DNA from: the human T2T-CHM13v2.0 reference genome, Homo sapiens
Length of the DNA stretch: 64,000 nucleotides
Assembly (NCBI RefSeq): GCF_009914755.1
Contig: NC_060941.1
Reading direction: 5' to 3' (one strand)
The notes beneath the pieces are model-generated. The model was not told where the DNA came from. It saw nothing but the letters and a program-made list of their open reading frames with translations, and made no database searches. This document shows positions 58,070 through 64,000 of this stretch, one piece after another. A program made the position numbers and the translations under genes. Numbering within the stretch: position 1 is the stretch's first letter; every line of letters begins with the position of its first letter.

Positions 58070-59345
58070 TTTAAATTCAACCTAAAGCACTGTGCCCACT
58101 GAGTAGATCTGCAACCCACCAGCAGATCTCAGAGGCTGATCTCAGTAGATCAAATCCCACAAGTGTTCCTCATTCTCCGAGTGCAAGTACCATCAACACT
58201 ACCTTCAAAATATATTTCAAATAAGTCCACCTCATCACTTGAGGTCAGGAGTTCAAGACCAGCCTGGCCAACATAGAGAAACTCCATCTCTACAAAAATA
58301 CAAAAATTAGCCTGGTGTGGTGGTGTGCATCTGTAATCCCAGCTCCGCGTCTCCTACCTTAAATAAAGACCTAACATCTCAGGTCTGTACAAATACAAAG
58401 TCTCTTAACTAGTCTTCCTGCTTGACCCAGTACAGACTCTCTTCTTTACATAGCAGCTACAGTTTTCCATTAGAAACAGATGAGGGGCTGGGCATGGTGG
58501 CTCACACCTGTAATCCCAGCACTTTTGGGGAGCTGAGGCGGGAGGTTGCTTGAGCCCAAGAGTTTAAGACCAGCCTAGGCGGTATAGTGAGATCCCATCT
58601 CTACACACACAAAAAAATGTAAAAATTAGCCAGGTGTGGTAGTGTATGCCTGTAGCCCCAGCTACTTCTGACTGAGGTAGAAGGACTGCTTGAGCCTCGG
58701 AGGTCAAGGCTGCAACAGTGAGTTGTGATGGCACCACTGCACTCCAGTCTGGGTGACAGAACAAGACCCTGTCTCAAAAACAAACAACAACAAAAAACCC
58801 AGATCACATCACACACCCCAATCCCAGCTTAAAGTCTGCCTCTGGCTTCCCAAAGTGCTTACGATAGCACTGTAACACAGTGTTCAGAGGCCCACAAGCC
58901 CTGAGTGGTCTGGGCCTCACTACCCCTCCAGTCTCAGGGTGGCATCTTTCTCTCTCTCCATCCTCTGGCTATACCACCTCCTTTCTGCTCCTTAAACACA
59001 TCAAGGTTGTGTCTGCCTCTGGGCATGTGTACTTGCTGTTTACTTCTGTCTAGGATATTCTCCAGAATGCTCAGCTCTCTTCTCATCCTTTCAGCTCAGC
59101 TCAGATGTCACCTCCTCAAGAGAGGTTTTCCAGACTATCCTAACTGAAGTATCATTTCAACCCTCCCCATCCAACCAGAGCCCTATGTCACAATTGGTAA
59201 GACTTTGATTTGTTTTAGCTTATTTTTTATTTCATCTTTTCCCACTGTAGTGTGAATTCCATGAAGGCTGTCTTGTTCACCTTTCCATTACCAAACTGAA
59301 GTACAATGCCCAGCTTATTGCTAGAGCTTAATAATTGTTGAATGA
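58070..59345. mobile_element. L2 remnant with nested Alu fragment (58234-58343) and AluJ (58486-58795)
   Basis: L2 motifs CAGCTCAGATGTCACCTCCTC and TGTTGAATGAAT; Alu motifs. Confidence 0.75.
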
Positions 59346-61849
59346 ATAGAAAGACATTCCAGCTACTGCTGAACTATTTTGTCTTAACAAAGATATCCCA
59401 TAGTCAATTAGTTTTACTGTGGACACAGCAGGTTCTGTAAGTAAGAGAAACAGGCAGCCTTGGAACCAAGAGAACCCCGAATCTCACACACACACAAAAA
59501 CACTTAAAATCCAAGACAACGGATATTCCAAGGGCCCCTTCAACATCATTTATGTTGCAACGTATAAGTGGACCCCTCTTACTATTAGCTCCCCTTTATG
59601 ACTGAGCATATTTGTTCAGGAAAAGTGTCTACTGTCAATAGTGCCAATCTTGACTTAATTATTAAATAAAGGAAGATGGCATATATAAGGAGACTACCCC
59701 ATGCCTATGATTTAGTGCTTTAAGAACATGGGAAAAAAGACAATAGGTAGCCCTGTAAGACTTCTAATACTGTAGATTAAAATGCTTTCCCACATATCCA
59801 GTTTTGAAGCTAGCTGCATGATCATGAGGTTGGGGCTGAGGAAAAGGGCTTCTTTTTCCTTGGATTTTTGGTTGCAAGACTGTTGAAATGAGTACACACC
59901 AACAAGAAGATACAGTAGAGCTCTGTGGATCTTATGCCTATAAGATCTGTGTGCCCACACACAGATGTGGTGTGGGCAGAGAGTTAAGAGAGAGAAAGAG
60001 GTGAGCTAGCAGCATGACTGGTTGAGAGACAGACATGAAGTTGAACTCTTGGGTCTACCCCTTCCTAGCTGTGTGACTATGGGCAAGTTCCCTTTCATTC
60101 TCTAAACCTATTTACTCTTCTATTAAATGGGTATAACATTTATGTCTTCCAGAGTTATAGTTGAGGATGAGTAATATACAAGTGCCCAGCCAGTGCCTGG
60201 CATAGATAAATGGCACTCAATAAATATTAGCAGTTATTGCCATCAATCAGAGATGCTATGAAGGGGAGAGGATGACTTTGTGTTTGTCTATGTGTGTGTA
60301 GGTATCTTGGGGATACTCAAGTGTGAAACATAAAATGAGGAAGATAAAATATGCCTCTGTGTTCCAGTGAAATTTTTCACATCCTAAGTTTGTTAAGAAG
60401 CCATCATTGCATAAACCCTCCTCATGCTCCTCCATCCAGTCCCAATAAATCTATCAGGAGGGAGGAAGCATGTCTCCCTTCAAAGACAGTGTGTCTCTCC
60501 CTCCAGTTCCTTTGCAATTTACCTACCTGGGAATGCTCAGAAAGATATATCATGAACACAGCATTAAAAGATGCAGAATAGTACTCTCAGCATTTTAATG
60601 TGTGAACCACAAAAATCAGGACATTCTCATTACATTACTTTTTGTTTATAGGCTTTATTTCCAAGTTAAAATTGATGCTTAGAACTATGTTTCCAACCTA
60701 GCTTATGATAGAAAACCAAGAAATTATGAGATCACACAAATCTTCAAAGAAAATCAGGGTAGATCTAGATGTCATCAAGAAAGAAACTGTTAAATATCCA
60801 TTGAGAAACACACAAGCCCCCAAGAAAATTACAGTCTATGCCACACCAAAAGAAAATATCTGTATTTTTAGTTTTTAAGTGAATAATAGCGCAAAAATCA
60901 CATTACAACTGTGCTAATAAGGAATGGAGAGATCAGTGTCCAGCAAAAATAATTAAAAAGTCAGTTCAATAAGCTGAGAGGGTAGCATCCTAAATGAAGT
61001 TGTTGTTGTTGTTGTTTTAACAGTTTTAACGTTTGTGCAACAAATAATTGAACAGGGTTTGTTTGTTTTTTTTCTTTTTAGAGGATCCAAAGGTATAGGT
61101 AAGAATGACAAACTCTTAATCAAACAAGGAAGGGGCAATTTCACAGAATATTGCCACTGTTCTCTGAAAACAGGAAGAGCACAGACGTGTAGAGAAGTAA
61201 AACCAAATCAAACCGCATGCACAGGGCTTCACTGATCATGACTGGAGTGCATGTTACATTCTCTCTAAAAGCCCCTCCGGTCTTCATTTCTGACATCAGG
61301 TTCTAAAGTCAGAACACTACGGTTCCATTTTGCCCTTAGACACACCGGTATGAAGTTCCACTGGGGGAACAGTGCCAGGCATTCAACACCCTGACTGATA
61401 AGCAATATATTCAGAAGTCAATCCAAGTCTTCAAGCTGATCCCCTTCCTGGTGGCCCAGACCATGGCAACTCTTCTGTGCATTTGTTGCCTCCTTTACCC
61501 TTTGGGACTGGGGGAGGAATGAGATGGGTGAGAGGGCAGTGAGGGCATGGAGATTGGAAAGAAAAAAAAAATGTGTACTTTAAAATTCTGAAATAAAAGG
61601 TAGTGTCTAAAAACTCAACAACCTTCTTGGAAGATTTCATGCATTTCTTAAAATTTCCCCTGTCACTGCACCCCCAGCAAACATGCTGGTGGTGAAGGTC
61701 CGGGAATTCACACAAAGGGATGCAGTTACCATATGCCCTGGAGAGGTGAACTTTCACCCACTTAAACAGAAAAGAAAAGCCCGGAGTTCCTCTCAGAGTC
61801 ATGGGCTAACCTCCATCCATTGTTAGACGGTGGAGCCCCAGAGGGGAGT

Positions 61850-63170
61850 AAGGCCACGGCGCCCCCCAGCCCGGCATTTCCACCAGCTCTACAGTGAATG
61901 AGCAGTCGGCCAGCCTTCCGGTGGCGCCTCCACGGTTCCTCCTCCTCGTTTCCTAACACCGGCGCCTCCACAGCAGGTCTCGCCACCCGAAAGCTAACAT
62001 GCCCCTTCGCAGAGCCCAAAAATAGCACCGCCCTGGGACGTTCAGCTGGAGAACCAGCAAGGCCCCTACACGGCCAGGCAGGGCTAAGCTGGCGGAGCGT
62101 GCCTCAGTTTCCCTGTTGCTAGGGCCGTTCACAAAGCACCCAAAATGCCTAGCACCCCGCTTTACGACAAATCTCTCCGCAGGGCGCCACCCCGTTCCGC
62201 GCGCCCCGGGAGACCCCCACCCTGGAGGTAAAGGGATGGAGGCCAAAGCCAGGTCGGAGGACTCGGGGGCGGTGCCCGGGGCTGGGGTTCGGGTTCCCAG
62301 AGAGAGCCAGAGCCCAGCCTGTATGGGGGTCGGGAGGGTGAGCCCCAGGAGCAAAGGGATCCCCGGGAAGGAGGACAGGCTTGGAGTCCCGGGGCCGGGA
62401 ATCCATCTGAGGTCCGCAGATCGCGAGGGGAGACCCGGGTGAGGCAGGAGCTCCCATCTTTGGAGGAAGGGGATCGCCCAGGGACAGCAGGGTGGGGAAT
62501 CCCCAGGGAACTGATCCCTGGCCAAGGTGCGGGATCCACCCAGGATGAATCCAGGTGAGGAGCCGGGAGCCGTGCGCTTAACGGCGGGATTTGGGAACCC
62601 GCCTCTGACACGGGCAGCGGGACCGGGACGCCATCCCTCTCACCGCTGGAATCGATTCTTGAACCGCATTGATCCTCTGCTCCTCCTCGGGGGCCAGGAG
62701 CTCCGTCTCGTCAGCACCGGCGGCCGGGCGCGCGGCCCTCATGGGCTTGGGCTGCTCCGGAGGCCGCCTGCGTGTCCAGCGGAACCCTTCGGCCGGGTAG
62801 GGTCGGAGTGGGCCAGGCCGGGGGTCGGGACAGGGCTGGGGCCAGACCGGGCGGCTGGGGGCGGGAGGGAGGCCGCTTCAACGGCCCCAACACCTCCCGC
62901 CTCCCGCCTCCCGCCTCCCCGGCTCCTCCGCCCCGGGGCTCCTGCGCCCCGCCCCGGAGCCCGGCTCCGCCCCCGCCGGCTCTGTTCGCCTGCGTGCACC
63001 CGCGGTCGCCGGCGCGTCAGCGCGCCGGTCAGCCAATCGGCACCCCGAGCGGCGCGGCGGCTACGCTGCCATTCATTCCCGCCGGGCTCGGGCGGCGAGG
63101 CGGGGCCTCGCTGGGGAGGGGCGGGGCGAGGGGAAGGGGAGGAGCGCGGGAACGCGGCGCCCTTCTGTAA
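61850..63170. promoter_or_regulatory. CpG island / MMD promoter and first exon
   Basis: Very GC- and CpG-rich; several GC boxes (CCGCCCC near 62930-62975, GGGGCGGGG near 63120); CCAAT at 63033-63037; no TATA box seen. Confidence 0.92.
62644..62669 (-). CDS. MMD: MMD coding exon 1 (MRFKNRFQ + 2 nt)
   Basis: ATG at 62669-62667; donor CAGCG|GTGAG; 26 nt; phase matches exon 2. Confidence 0.93.
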
Positions 63171-63609
63171 GAGACAAGTTGGAGAAGAGATCGAGGGAGG
63201 GAGAGAAGTGGTGAAGGAGGAGATGGACCAGGAAATCTTAAAAGCATTGTGAAGAAAATAGCAGCAAACAAGCAGCCCTACCTCATTCATTTTTTCTTCA
63301 TCATTAATTTCTCCATCCCTCCTTTCATTTATTCCTTCATCATTTTGAGGGCCAGCTCCCGCGAGGCTATTGTGAGAGGATCCAGGGCAGAATGAAAAAC
63401 CTGTCCTTGTCTGACCCTTGAGGGAGTTGAGATCTCTGAGCGTCTTCTAACTCTGAGATTCAGTGAGATCCACAAAAGGAGGAATCCTCTGCAAGGATCC
63501 TTTTATGTTATCCTCCAGTTTATTTTTTATTTTATTTTATTTTTATCCAGGCAGCTTTCAAATAAACGAGTTGACTTGAATCAGGGTCCTGTCGCTAAAC
63601 CTAAACTCA

Positions 63610-63999
<390 letters not shown>

Positions 64000-64000
64000 G

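Noticed and set aside
61762-63290. Long ORFs in the CpG island (e.g. 62527..63252 + 241 aa, 62739..63290 - 183 aa, 61953..62525 - 190 aa)
   Set aside because: Low-complexity Pro/Arg/Gly/Ala products expected from GC-rich, stop-poor DNA. The 183-aa ORF is in the MMD frame but stops at 62739, before the AUG, and begins upstream of the likely TSS.

Overview
Primate (almost certainly human) genomic DNA. About 33.6-63.0 kb holds the complete minus-strand gene MMD (PAQR11, monocyte-to-macrophage differentiation-associated). I reconstructed it by hand as 7 coding exons with GT-AG junctions: a 717-nt CDS encoding 238 aa with PAQR/HlyIII (CREST) motifs, a CpG-island promoter at ~61.9-63.2 kb and a ~1.7-kb 3'UTR. 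The left half (1-33.5 kb) is intergenic and mostly nested transposons: a full-length HSMAR2 mariner inside an old L1, a full THE1 MaLR inside another MaLR LTR, ERV LTRs, L2/MIR and many Alus. I found no RNA genes, CRISPR arrays or second protein-coding gene, and no demonstrated novel system. The best untested leads are: (i) a STMN2-like candidate TDP-43-repressed cryptic terminal exon in MMD intron 1; (ii) a 50-aa overlapping uORF over a weak main AUG; (iii) an unexplained 70-bp, 90%-identical duplicated element in intron 2; (iv) a cluster of perfect DUX4 motifs in MaLR LTRs facing MMD. Repeat boundaries and subfamily calls were made by eye and are approximate.
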